From NCBI GenBank assembly GCA_028700115.1, contig JAQVTI010000009.1, positions 1-32,000 on the forward strand: DNA of 32,000 bases, in the 5' to 3' direction. How positions within the stretch are numbered: position 1 is the first letter of the stretch; every line of letters starts with the position of its first letter. Shown here piece by piece: positions 8,075 to 16,916 of this stretch. The translations under genes were made by a program, and so were the position numbers. The notes under the pieces were generated by a model that had not been told where the DNA came from, did no database searches, and worked only from the letters and a program-made list of their open reading frames with translations. Source of the stretch: Candidatus Iainarchaeum sp. (GTDB taxonomy: Archaea > Iainarchaeota > Iainarchaeia > Iainarchaeales > CSSED10-239).

Positions 8075-9065
8075 GGTTCTTTGTAAAAAGATAGCTAAAG
8101 ATATATCTATAATACAAAAAGGAGGGGCAATTGAAACTCAGTGGCCTTTTTTAACTTCAGAAGTAGAAAACTATATTGGTGTTGATTTTATCAAACATTT
8201 AAGTAATATATTAGATGAAGCTTTATTAAACAATAATATAACACAAATTGCTACTAAATTGAAATACCCTTCAATGATAACTCAATATATTGCTTTGATT
8301 CATAGTGCAAATGTATTACCTCTTAATAAAAGAATTGAATTAATAACTAATTTAATAAGTATAATAGAAGAATTAAGAATGGACTATTTATGTAATAAAG
8401 GTATTAATATATTGCAAAATTTTGATATTAGTAAATTTTTATCTAATGATATTAAACAAGATATTATTCCTCAAAAGATATCTAGTATTTTATATGCTTA
8501 TACTGAAAAATTATATCCTACTTTAATGCGTTTGTCATTTGAACATCATGGTCCATATATTTTTAATAAAAAAAAATATGTTGTAAAAGAATATTTTAAT
8601 CTTAAAAATCAATATTCAAATATGTTTCCTGTTTTTAACTATGATAATGTTAAAATAATTCAAGAAATAGAAGGAGATTTTAATGTTGATTTTTTTGGGC
8701 ATTCAATAGGAGATTATAAAATAGTTAATTCGATTTTAGTTGTAGATAATGAAATAATTAGTGACACAAATAAATTTTTAGAAGAAATATTAATTAATTT
8801 TATTAATTTAGATAAGTTATTTTTAGAATATACTGTTGAAGATTATGCTAAAAATTTAACAAATGGATTGTTTTATTCTTTAAAACCATTAACTACTTTA
8901 ATTAATAAAGATTGGGTTCCATCTAAAAATATAATTGCTAAATTAAATGGGTTTAAATTATTTTTTCCTAGAGATAAAATTATTAATTATATAAAGTCTA
9001 CAGATATAAATGAAATAGAATTTAAAGTGTACTTAAGTTTTAAAAATATTTTTATTAAAGATTAA
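8058..9065 (+). CDS. unknown-family protein, conserved partner of the swivel-domain protein (paralog of 22952-23833)
   Basis: Overlaps the previous gene. By-eye homology to the cluster 2 protein: CKKIAKDISIIQKGGAIETQWPF vs CNKISKDMFYLCISGSTIHNWPL, and DFFGHSIGDYKI vs SFFGHIFKVEEI. No motif I recognise. Confidence 0.6.
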   Translation: MLMKIEVLCKKIAKDISIIQKGGAIETQWPFLTSEVENYIGVDFIKHLSNILDEALLNNNITQIATKLKYPSMITQYIALIHSANVLPLNKRIELITNLISIIEELRMDYLCNKGINILQNFDISKFLSNDIKQDIIPQKISSILYAYTEKLYPTLMRLSFEHHGPYIFNKKKYVVKEYFNLKNQYSNMFPVFNYDNVKIIQEIEGDFNVDFFGHSIGDYKIVNSILVVDNEIISDTNKFLEEILINFINLDKLFLEYTVEDYAKNLTNGLFYSLKPLTTLINKDWVPSKNIIAKLNGFKLFFPRDKIINYIKSTDINEIEFKVYLSFKNIFIKD

Positions 9066-9067
9066 TT

Positions 9068-9916
9068 ATGAAATATGAAATTCATTTTAATTATAAATGT
9101 AATCAAAATTGTATTTTTTGTAGTGTATTACAACATCCTCAAAGAGATCTAGAATTAAGTGATTTAGATCTAATTTTACCTTTTATTCATAATAATCAAA
9201 TTGTTCAAATTAGTGGAGGAGAGCCTTTATTAAATACAAATTTGATTAAATGGGTAAAAGAAATTAAAAAAAAAACTAGATTTATTTCTTTAACTACTAA
9301 TGGCACTTTATTAAATAAAGATAATTTAAATGAATTAATTAATTTAGGTGTAAATTGTTTTATTATTTCATTACATAGTAATACTATTAATAATTTTAAG
9401 AAAATAACTACAACTGATAACTTTAATAATGTAATAAATTGTTTAGAATTATTTAAAAAAATAAATAATAGTAGCATAAAAGTAATAGTTAATACCGTTA
9501 TTACAAAATATAATATTTCTGAAATTTTCGATTTATTTAAAATGTTACATGAAAAATATGGTTTTGCTAAAATAAAATTATCTTATCCTAGATTTTATAA
9601 ATTTGCAAAATCTGATTTTAATTGTAAAATTCATTTATTGTCATTAACAGATGTTCATTTCTTTTTAAAAGATATAATTAATAAACCTTATTTTGATAAA
9701 CTTATTATAGAAAATATTCCTTCATGTATAATTAAACCTAGTAAAGAATATAGAGACTGGTCTACTAAACTTTTAACAGTAGATGGAATAAAAGATAGTG
9801 TAGATAACACGAGATATTATATGAAAAAATGTGTTACTTGTAATTTAAGATTAAATTGTCAAGGATTTCACAAATATTATAATTATTATTTTGACGATTA
9901 TATTTTGGAAACATAA
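9068..9916 (+). CDS. radical SAM enzyme (second, 282 aa)
   Basis: CNQNCIFC (CX3CX2C), SGGEPLL, and C-terminal Cys cluster CVTCNLRLNC. Confidence 0.75.
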   Translation: MKYEIHFNYKCNQNCIFCSVLQHPQRDLELSDLDLILPFIHNNQIVQISGGEPLLNTNLIKWVKEIKKKTRFISLTTNGTLLNKDNLNELINLGVNCFIISLHSNTINNFKKITTTDNFNNVINCLELFKKINNSSIKVIVNTVITKYNISEIFDLFKMLHEKYGFAKIKLSYPRFYKFAKSDFNCKIHLLSLTDVHFFLKDIINKPYFDKLIIENIPSCIIKPSKEYRDWSTKLLTVDGIKDSVDNTRYYMKKCVTCNLRLNCQGFHKYYNYYFDDYILET

Positions 9917-9968
9917 TTGTTTAGATAGATTTATTAATTTGTAATTATATATATTTATAGTGTTGTAT

Positions 9969-10688
9969 ATGTTTAAAGGAAATATTTCAACTAATTTAAA
10001 ATTTACAAATAAATTAGATAGATTAAAAAAAGAAACTATAGCTTCTAAAAAAATTACTTTTGCAAGTTATCCAAAAAAAGAAGTTGCAATTAAGTATGTT
10101 GATGCTTTTTGGAAAAGATATTTTGATGGAAGCTTAGAAAAATCTTTATCTAAAAGAAAAGATAACCATTTTATTTCTAATTATAATCCAAATGTAAAAA
10201 TTTTTCCTATTTCTCCTACAGTTTCTGTAACTGTAAGAAAAATGAATTTAATAGATGTAAGACCTTATTTCGAAATTCATAAATATTATAAAGAAAAATT
10301 TAAAAATGCAAATTTTAAATATTCTAAATTTGTTTTAACAGATATAATAGATTATAAGAAAAAAGGGGATTTTTATTATGTTCTTGAAAGAATAGTTCCT
10401 TCTATTAGTGTATATGATTTTTATGTGTCAGATTTTAAGGGTTTTAAAGAAAATAGATTTTCTAAATCTTTTCAGAAAAGTTTAGAAAAAGTGGATTTAT
10501 TAAAGATGAAAGAAGATTTAGGTCCAGCATTAAATGAATTAAAACATTTTATTAATAATAATTCTAAATTTAAATTTAGACTTGATAATTCTAATAATAA
10601 TATTATTATAATTGATTATAATCCAGAAACACATAAATTTAAATTTGGATTAATTGATTTTGCTGGTATGAGTTCTAAAAGTTTTTAA
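9969..10688 (+). CDS. putative atypical protein-kinase-fold protein
   Basis: EVAIKYV (VAIK-type beta3 lysine), LDNSNNN (DxxxxN catalytic loop) and LIDFAG (DFG-like). All assigned by eye, and the motif spacing is compatible with a small RIO/Bud32-size kinase. Confidence 0.35.
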   Translation: MFKGNISTNLKFTNKLDRLKKETIASKKITFASYPKKEVAIKYVDAFWKRYFDGSLEKSLSKRKDNHFISNYNPNVKIFPISPTVSVTVRKMNLIDVRPYFEIHKYYKEKFKNANFKYSKFVLTDIIDYKKKGDFYYVLERIVPSISVYDFYVSDFKGFKENRFSKSFQKSLEKVDLLKMKEDLGPALNELKHFINNNSKFKFRLDNSNNNIIIIDYNPETHKFKFGLIDFAGMSSKSF

Positions 10689-10792
10689 AAATAATACTAT
10701 TTTTTAAGTTTTTTTTTCTTATTTTGCAAACATCTATTTATAAATTTATTGTTACTTGTATATTTATACAACTAATAATTAGGTGAATATTT

Positions 10793-11947
10793 ATGAATTA
10801 CAAAAATTTTAATCCTTTACTTTTTTTAATGTCTTTAGGTGCTGGGGGTATTTCAATTATTCCTTTTGCGTTTTTACAATATACTTTTTTTAGTTCAAAA
10901 GGACTTGTTACTTTATCTGATGTATTAAGTTCAAGTTTAAGTATGTCTCAATTAGTTTTATTTAATTTTTTATTTATAGTTATGATTGTTTTTGGATTAC
11001 TTCATTTAATTTTAAGTGTTATATTAATAAAACATTTAATTAAATGGATAAAAGAAGGAAGATATAAAGAAATGTTAAATAATCCTTTAAAAAACTCTGC
11101 TCTTTTAGCTCCATTTATTTCTATTATAATGACTTTAAATGTATTTATTGGTCCTATTAGATTTTTTATAAACCCTATTTCAAATAATCTTCAAAGTTTA
11201 ATGATTTATGCATTAATCTTTTGGGGTTTAATATGGTTATTTTTAATGTATTTAGATTTAAAGTTAATATCTATATCTTTTTTAAAAGATTTTGATGTTT
11301 CTAAAATAAATTTCGGATGGCTTTTACATTCTTTTGCATTAGGTATGGCTTCTGTAACTGGTTCTGGAATTGCAGCTTTATCTCAAAATATTTTAATTGC
11401 ACACATTGCTGCATTCTTATCAACAATTTCTTTAAGTTTAGGTTTATTTTTATTAATAGTAAAACTAATAACTTTATTTAAATTCCATTTTGAATCAAAA
11501 GGATTACCTGATAAGCAATTTTTACCTAGTTTTTTAATAGTTATTCCAAATGTAACTTTATTTGCAATAACTTTATTTAGATTAGGTCATTATTTAGAAC
11601 ATGCTTTTTCATTTTCATTAGGAGCTTATTTTTTAGTAGTTATTCTTTTAAGCTTTGTATTTGAAATCTGGTATTTTGGTTTTTCTTTATTTTTACTTAA
11701 AGATTATTTTAAAAAACACTTTTTTAAAAAAGAATTCTATATATCTCAATGGGGGCTTGTTTGTCCAGTTGTAGCTTTTGCTGTTTTGGGTAGTTTTTTA
11801 TATAAAGTATTTGTTCCTAATATAATATTATATATTGTAATAATAGTAGTTTTAATTATTTCAGTTGTTTTGTTTTTTATACTTTTTATAAGACAATTAA
11901 AATGTAGTAATTTTTTAAAAAGTAAAAGTTTTATATGTAAGAATTAG
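10793..11947 (+). CDS. multi-pass membrane protein, possibly TDT/TehA-SLAC1-type transporter
   Basis: About 10 hydrophobic segments. Weak resemblance to TehA-family segments (LPSFLIVIPNVTLFA; SQWGLVCPVVAFAVLG). It is the last gene of the low-GC island. Confidence 0.45.
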   Translation: MNYKNFNPLLFLMSLGAGGISIIPFAFLQYTFFSSKGLVTLSDVLSSSLSMSQLVLFNFLFIVMIVFGLLHLILSVILIKHLIKWIKEGRYKEMLNNPLKNSALLAPFISIIMTLNVFIGPIRFFINPISNNLQSLMIYALIFWGLIWLFLMYLDLKLISISFLKDFDVSKINFGWLLHSFALGMASVTGSGIAALSQNILIAHIAAFLSTISLSLGLFLLIVKLITLFKFHFESKGLPDKQFLPSFLIVIPNVTLFAITLFRLGHYLEHAFSFSLGAYFLVVILLSFVFEIWYFGFSLFLLKDYFKKHFFKKEFYISQWGLVCPVVAFAVLGSFLYKVFVPNIILYIVIIVVLIISVVLFFILFIRQLKCSNFLKSKSFICKN

Positions 11948-12016
11948 AAATCATAGAAGATTTAAGAAATTATATAATAAAAGAAAATAGTTGAAAAAAT
12001 ATAAAAAGAAAATAAA

Positions 12017-13369
12017 TTATTTTCTTATATATTTTTTATTTCTTGTTTTTTGTTTATTTTTAAATCTATCTTGATGTTGTCTTTTTCTGAATTTCTTTTC
12101 TTTGTCCTTAAAGTATTCTTTATCATCATCACTTTCTTTTTTTCTAGCAGATGCGATTTGGTCTTTAACTTCAGAAATTCTTTTATCAAATTGATTTCTT
12201 CTTCTTGAACCTTTTGTATCTCTTGCCTTAATGTTTTTAGATGGTTTTTTAAGTTCAAGATATTTAAATTCAGGAAGAGGCATTAAGTTTACATCAAATT
12301 TATTTTTACTACAAATCTTTAAGAAATCTTGTTTATCTTTAGTTGTAATAAAACTAATTGCTTTTCCTGTTTTTCCTGCTCTTGCAGTTCTACCTATTCT
12401 ATGTACAAATTGTGTTTTTTCTCTAGGTAGATTAAAATTAAAAATAAAATCTAAATTATCAATATGTAATCCTCTAGCAGAAACATCAGTTGATACTAAA
12501 CAAGAATGTTTATCTTGTGTATATTTTTCAATAATATGTGTTCTTTTTCTTTGTTCTAGTCCACCGTGAAGCTTATATGCATTTATTCCGTTTTCTTTAA
12601 GATTATATTCTACACTATCAACTAAAGTTCTTGTATTACAAAAAACAATTGATTTTTTAAATAAATTTTGTTTAAGTAAATGTACTAATAAAGATATTTT
12701 TTTATTTTCTGGAATTTTATAATATTCCTGAACAAGCATGCTTTTATCAACATGTACTTTTGCAGAAACTCTTTTTGCATTTTTCATAAACTTATTTTCT
12801 ATATTTTTAACATCTTTTGTAATTGTTGCAGAAAATAAAAGCATTTGTTTTTCTTTAGGCATATATCCTAATATTTTTTTAATATCAATAATAAAACCCA
12901 TATCACTCATTCTATCTGCTTCATCTAGAACAATATGTTTTACTTTTTTAAGATTTAAATTTCCTCTTTCAATATGATCTAATAATCTACCTGGAGTTGC
13001 AATTACAATATGTGCTTTTTTAATTTCTACAGTTTGGAATCTAATAGGTTCTCCACCATAAACTACACTTGATTTGATATGTGTGTTTTTTGTGAATTTT
13101 TTAGTTTCTTTATCAATTTGAATAGCAAGTTCTCTAGTTGGAGTAATAACTATTGCTTGTGCACCTTTTGTAACATCTAACTTTCCTAGAATTCCAGCTA
13201 AAAATGCAAATGTTTTTCCAGTTCCAGTTGCAGATTGTGCAATTATGTCTTCTCCTTTAATTACTAAAGGTATTGTTTTTTCTTGTATTTCTGTAGGTGT
13301 TTTATAACCTAATTTTTCTACAGTCTTAATTACATGTTCATCAAGACCTAATTTTTTAAATTCGTTCAT
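12017..13369 (-). CDS. DEAD-box ATP-dependent RNA helicase with K/R-rich C-terminal tail
   Basis: AQSATGTGKTFAF, PTRELA, VLDEADRM, SAT, HRIGRTARAG. Confidence 0.9.
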   Translation of the reverse strand: MNEFKKLGLDEHVIKTVEKLGYKTPTEIQEKTIPLVIKGEDIIAQSATGTGKTFAFLAGILGKLDVTKGAQAIVITPTRELAIQIDKETKKFTKNTHIKSSVVYGGEPIRFQTVEIKKAHIVIATPGRLLDHIERGNLNLKKVKHIVLDEADRMSDMGFIIDIKKILGYMPKEKQMLLFSATITKDVKNIENKFMKNAKRVSAKVHVDKSMLVQEYYKIPENKKISLLVHLLKQNLFKKSIVFCNTRTLVDSVEYNLKENGINAYKLHGGLEQRKRTHIIEKYTQDKHSCLVSTDVSARGLHIDNLDFIFNFNLPREKTQFVHRIGRTARAGKTGKAISFITTKDKQDFLKICSKNKFDVNLMPLPEFKYLELKKPSKNIKARDTKGSRRRNQFDKRISEVKDQIASARKKESDDDKEYFKDKEKKFRKRQHQDRFKNKQKTRNKKYIRK

Positions 13370-13486
13370 ATGTTTGTTTCCTTTTTTAATTTTATAAAAA
13401 TAGATTGGTTTTAAATTATATATATTTTTTTCTATTAGTATATATAATTTAAGTAAGCATTTGTTTATAAAATAAGGTTTTTAGGC

Positions 13487-14281
13487 TTATTTTCTAAGTT
13501 TCCATAATTTTTTCTTACTTCTCTTAAAACCTTCTTTTTTATATGCAGCAACATGCATACCTCTTCCTCTTGTTTTAATTGCATTTATTTCTTCTGTAAC
13601 TAATTTTTGTAAATGTTTTGTTTTTTCTTTAGGTAAGACTCCTATATTAAATAAATATGCTTCTTCTGAGTTTATTTTTCCTTGATGTATTAGATTATAA
13701 AATACTTTTTCAGAAAAAGGTTTGTTATATCCTTTATGATGTTTTGGGTTTAGAACTTTTAATCTATCAGAAGGATATGTTTCTTTAAATATTTTAATAA
13801 CTTCATTAAGTATACTTTTATTTTTCATATGTTTAAAAAAAGAACCATTTAGTCCTTGTATATTTCCTAAGATAATATGTGTTTTTTTAGATTTATCTAA
13901 AAATATATCAAAGTTAAATTTAGCAATTGCATTTTCTGTATCTTTTGCATTATATATATTTATACTTATACCAAAAGGCTTATCTGCCCAGGTAGATAGT
14001 TTTATTTTTAGATTTTTATTTTCAAATTTGTTTTGAATTTCTAAAAATTCTTTTGAGAATGTATCTAATATGTTTACTTTTTTAGAAAGGGTATCTTTTC
14101 CAGAAACATTTTGTTTGTATGCAAGTATGTTTTGTGTATTTTTAAGAAATACATTTATATTTCTAAACCCATAATAATAAATTGCTTTTTGTAAAATAAG
14201 TTTTTGTTTATAATCTAATTTTTTAATTTCTTCTTTTTTAAGACCTATAGATAATAGTTCTTTTTGTGATATTAATTTCAT
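13487..14281 (-). CDS. hypothetical protein
   Basis: 264-aa ORF with core-like composition and no recognisable motif. Confidence 0.5.
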   Translation of the reverse strand: MKLISQKELLSIGLKKEEIKKLDYKQKLILQKAIYYYGFRNINVFLKNTQNILAYKQNVSGKDTLSKKVNILDTFSKEFLEIQNKFENKNLKIKLSTWADKPFGISINIYNAKDTENAIAKFNFDIFLDKSKKTHIILGNIQGLNGSFFKHMKNKSILNEVIKIFKETYPSDRLKVLNPKHHKGYNKPFSEKVFYNLIHQGKINSEEAYLFNIGVLPKEKTKHLQKLVTEEINAIKTRGRGMHVAAYKKEGFKRSKKKLWKLRK

Positions 14282-14325
14282 TTTTTTTCTCTTTGTAATT
14301 TATAAAATAAATAAAAAAGAAGAAA

Positions 14326-15747
14326 TTATTTCTTCTTTGTGAAAAATTCAATAGCAACTTCTAGTTCTTTATGTGTTTTTGCATATTCTTCAATTGAAAT
14401 TCCTTTTTTATATGCCTCACATGCCTGAACTAAAGCCATTGCTCCTTCTTTTGTACCATTTGGATGAGCATGACAACCTGCACCCATAGTTGTAATAAAG
14501 TCAACTCCACCCATAACATCAATAAATGGTTTTAATAAAGTAGGGTTAAGTCCTCCTGAAACAATAGGTGTACATTTTTTTACACCTCTCCATTCATCTT
14601 CATCTAAGATAGCTTTGTGTGCATGATCTTTTTCTACATTTTCAATAAAATCTAAATCTTTTTCAGATATTTTACCCCAAGATTGATCAAAGAAAAATCC
14701 TTTTCCATATAAATCTAATATGTTTTTAGCAGCAGTGATGTCTGATTTAGGAGTTCCATCCATTTTTCCAACTCCAGCAGTTCCTGTATGTATCCCAGAA
14801 GCTCCTGCAAGTCTTGCAAATTTAGATAAAACTAAAACTGAAAATCCAAAATCATTTTCTGGTCTTGTAAAAGCACCGTGAGCTGCTCTATGGAAATGTA
14901 TAAAAACATCAGGATATCTTCTTCTTAGAGTTTGAACAGCCATCCATCCTGCAGTAATCCCATCTATTAAAAATGCATATGAACCTTTTTCAAATCCTGC
15001 ATTTTCAATCATTTCACATCTTTTAATCATTGTGTCAAAATCTGCAGCTGAAACATTAAAAGAGTGTACTTTTTTCTTTCCAGTCTCTTTTACTGCCTTT
15101 TCCATTGCGTTTTTTACATGTTTTACCATTTTATCGTATGGACAGAAGTCTTGGTCTGCTTGAGGCTCATCGTTTTTAACAAAGTCTCCTCCACCAACCC
15201 AGAAGTCATAACAAACTTCTGCATATTCTGCTGAAGTTAGTCCCATTTTTGGCTTTACAATTGTTCCTAGAATAGGTCTATTATAAACATCTAAGTATTT
15301 TCTCATATCATCAATTGTGTATGATGGTCCATCAAATTGTTCTAGCATAGAAGGAGGAAACCATAAGTCTAAAAGTTTAAGAGCAGAAACTTCTTTCATA
15401 CCTAAAACATTTCCTACAATGTAAGTTAGTATATTTTGTACATTTCCAACTCTATCAAAAAGTCTCCATGGATATGCAATCCATACAAGTTCTTTTTCTT
15501 GATCTAAGTCATAAACTAAAGCATTCATTTCTCTTGAGAATGCAGTTTCTGTTTGTACTTTAAAATTAGTCCCAGTTGAAGACTCAGCTGCAATTTCTGC
15601 TGCTGCTTGTAAGACATTTAGTCCTTTACCTTCTTTCATTCTAAAAACACAAAGAAGATATTCTCCATTTTTTGTGTTTGGTATATTAAAATTAACATAG
15701 GCTTTTTGTTTTTCATTTAAAGTTTCATATAATTCATTTTTATTCAT
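14326..15747 (-). CDS. rbcL: ribulose-1,5-bisphosphate carboxylase/oxygenase large subunit, form II/III-type
   Basis: AAESSTGTN, GTIVKPKMGL, CYDFWVGGGDFVKNDEPQ, HFHRAAHGA, ARLAGASGIHTGTAGVGKM, TPIVSGGLN. The core is form II-like, with an extra roughly 27-aa segment (KISEKDLDFIENVEKDHAHKAILDEDEWRGVKKC) before TPIVSGG. Confidence 0.9.
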   Translation of the reverse strand: MNKNELYETLNEKQKAYVNFNIPNTKNGEYLLCVFRMKEGKGLNVLQAAAEIAAESSTGTNFKVQTETAFSREMNALVYDLDQEKELVWIAYPWRLFDRVGNVQNILTYIVGNVLGMKEVSALKLLDLWFPPSMLEQFDGPSYTIDDMRKYLDVYNRPILGTIVKPKMGLTSAEYAEVCYDFWVGGGDFVKNDEPQADQDFCPYDKMVKHVKNAMEKAVKETGKKKVHSFNVSAADFDTMIKRCEMIENAGFEKGSYAFLIDGITAGWMAVQTLRRRYPDVFIHFHRAAHGAFTRPENDFGFSVLVLSKFARLAGASGIHTGTAGVGKMDGTPKSDITAAKNILDLYGKGFFFDQSWGKISEKDLDFIENVEKDHAHKAILDEDEWRGVKKCTPIVSGGLNPTLLKPFIDVMGGVDFITTMGAGCHAHPNGTKEGAMALVQACEAYKKGISIEEYAKTHKELEVAIEFFTKKK

Positions 15748-15814
15748 ATTAATTACTCCTTTATAATTTAAATATTATATTTATTATAAAAGATAAATAG
15801 ATTTATATGGATTA

Positions 15815-16090
15815 TTATTCTTCAATTTTTATAGCTTTTCCATTAACTATAGAATCAGTAACTTTTTTTCTAGCCTCAAGTAAAAGTCTATGAAAAGTAG
15901 GTTGTGAAATCTCCATTTCCTTTGCACATTCTTCTTGTGCTTTTCCTAAGAAGTCTTTAAGTCTTAATGCTTCAATTTCTTCTTTTTTAAGATCTACTTG
16001 TTCTAGTTCTCTTTTAGAAATTCCAGCAGGTTTAAAGTATTTTACATCAGTTTCAAAACAAATTCTTCTTTTTTTTCTAGGTCTTGGCAT
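15815..16090 (-). CDS. DUF134 family DNA-binding protein
   Basis: MPRPRKKRRICFETDVKYFKPAGI is the characteristic DUF134 N-terminus. The C-terminus is HTH-like. Confidence 0.8.
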   Translation of the reverse strand: MPRPRKKRRICFETDVKYFKPAGISKRELEQVDLKKEEIEALRLKDFLGKAQEECAKEMEISQPTFHRLLLEARKKVTDSIVNGKAIKIEE

Positions 16091-16113
16091 ATTTTCTCAT
16101 ATTTTTTTCAAGT

Positions 16114-16458
16114 TTAATGATCACAGCTTTGTTTAATGTCTTTTAAGTAATCTATATTTTCAATAACTTCTTTTAGAATATTAAAATTTTCTGTTTTTAG
16201 TAAAATACTAGTTTTTGAAAATAAATCAATTGCTTTTTTTCCTATACCTTTTGTAAAAACTGCATCTATGTCTAGTTCTTGTATTTGTTCAACTGGTGTT
16301 TTTTCTTTAGAATGATCTATTATGTTTGGAATTATTTCTAAATTTTTAGAATCTGTAGAATATATTGCAAAAAAAGAACAATTTCCAAAATGTTCACTTA
16401 GTTTTGAGTCTAAGTTTTTATTTTCATCTAAAGCAATTAGTATTTTCATATTTTTCAA
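16114..16458 (-). CDS. NifB/NifX-like (dinitrogenase FeMo-cofactor-binding fold) protein
   Basis: MKILIALDENKNLDSKLSEHFGNCSFFAIY matches the family pattern (SxHFGxxxxFxIY). It is adjacent to DUF134, as is commonly seen. Confidence 0.7.
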   Translation of the reverse strand: MKNMKILIALDENKNLDSKLSEHFGNCSFFAIYSTDSKNLEIIPNIIDHSKEKTPVEQIQELDIDAVFTKGIGKKAIDLFSKTSILLKTENFNILKEVIENIDYLKDIKQSCDH

Positions 16459-16520
16459 ATATTTAATTTATATAAATATATATTCGTTAAAAACGTTTTT
16501 ATGTGTTTTTATTAAAAGTT

Positions 16521-16555
16521 TTTTTAAAAGAAAAGGCTACTATTTATATAGTAGC
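16521..16555 (-). terminator. hairpin plus U-tract terminator of the DUF5320-like gene
   Basis: gctactat/atagtagc forms an 8-bp stem (16536-16555) with loop ttat. On the minus strand it is followed by cttttctttt. Confidence 0.4.
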
Positions 16556-16687
16556 TCTTCTTCTAAGTCCTCTTCCTCTTCCAAGACCTCTATTTTCTTG
16601 ATTTGTATTATTATCATTGCATTTTCCTTGTTTTCTTCCAGTCATTGGACCTTTTCCATCAGGACCTGTTCTATCTTGATTTGGCAT
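16544..16687 (-). CDS. DUF5320-like small Gly/Arg-rich protein (47 aa)
   Basis: Hand translation gives MPNQDRTGPDGKGPMTGRKQGKCNDNNTNQENRGLGRGRGLRRRATI*, with ggagg 6 nt upstream of the ATG. The MPxxDxTGPxGxGPMTGR start is the family signature. Missing from the ORF track; track ORF 16322-16708 (+) is its antisense shadow. Confidence 0.65.
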   Translation of the reverse strand: MPNQDRTGPDGKGPMTGRKQGKCNDNNTNQENRGLGRGRGLRRRATI

Positions 16688-16916
16688 ATTAATTCCTCCT
16701 TTTATTGAATTTATATTCATATTGTGTTTGGAACAATTTATAAATGTATTGAATATATATTCAATTTATTTTATAAACTTATAAACTAAAAAATATAAAA
16801 TAATCTTTATTCTTTTTATAAATTTTATGTAAAACCAAACCCCTTTTAATGATATTTGTTCTAATTATCTAAGTTTATGCTTATTTTAAACAAAAATATT
16901 AATAGGAGAGAAAATT

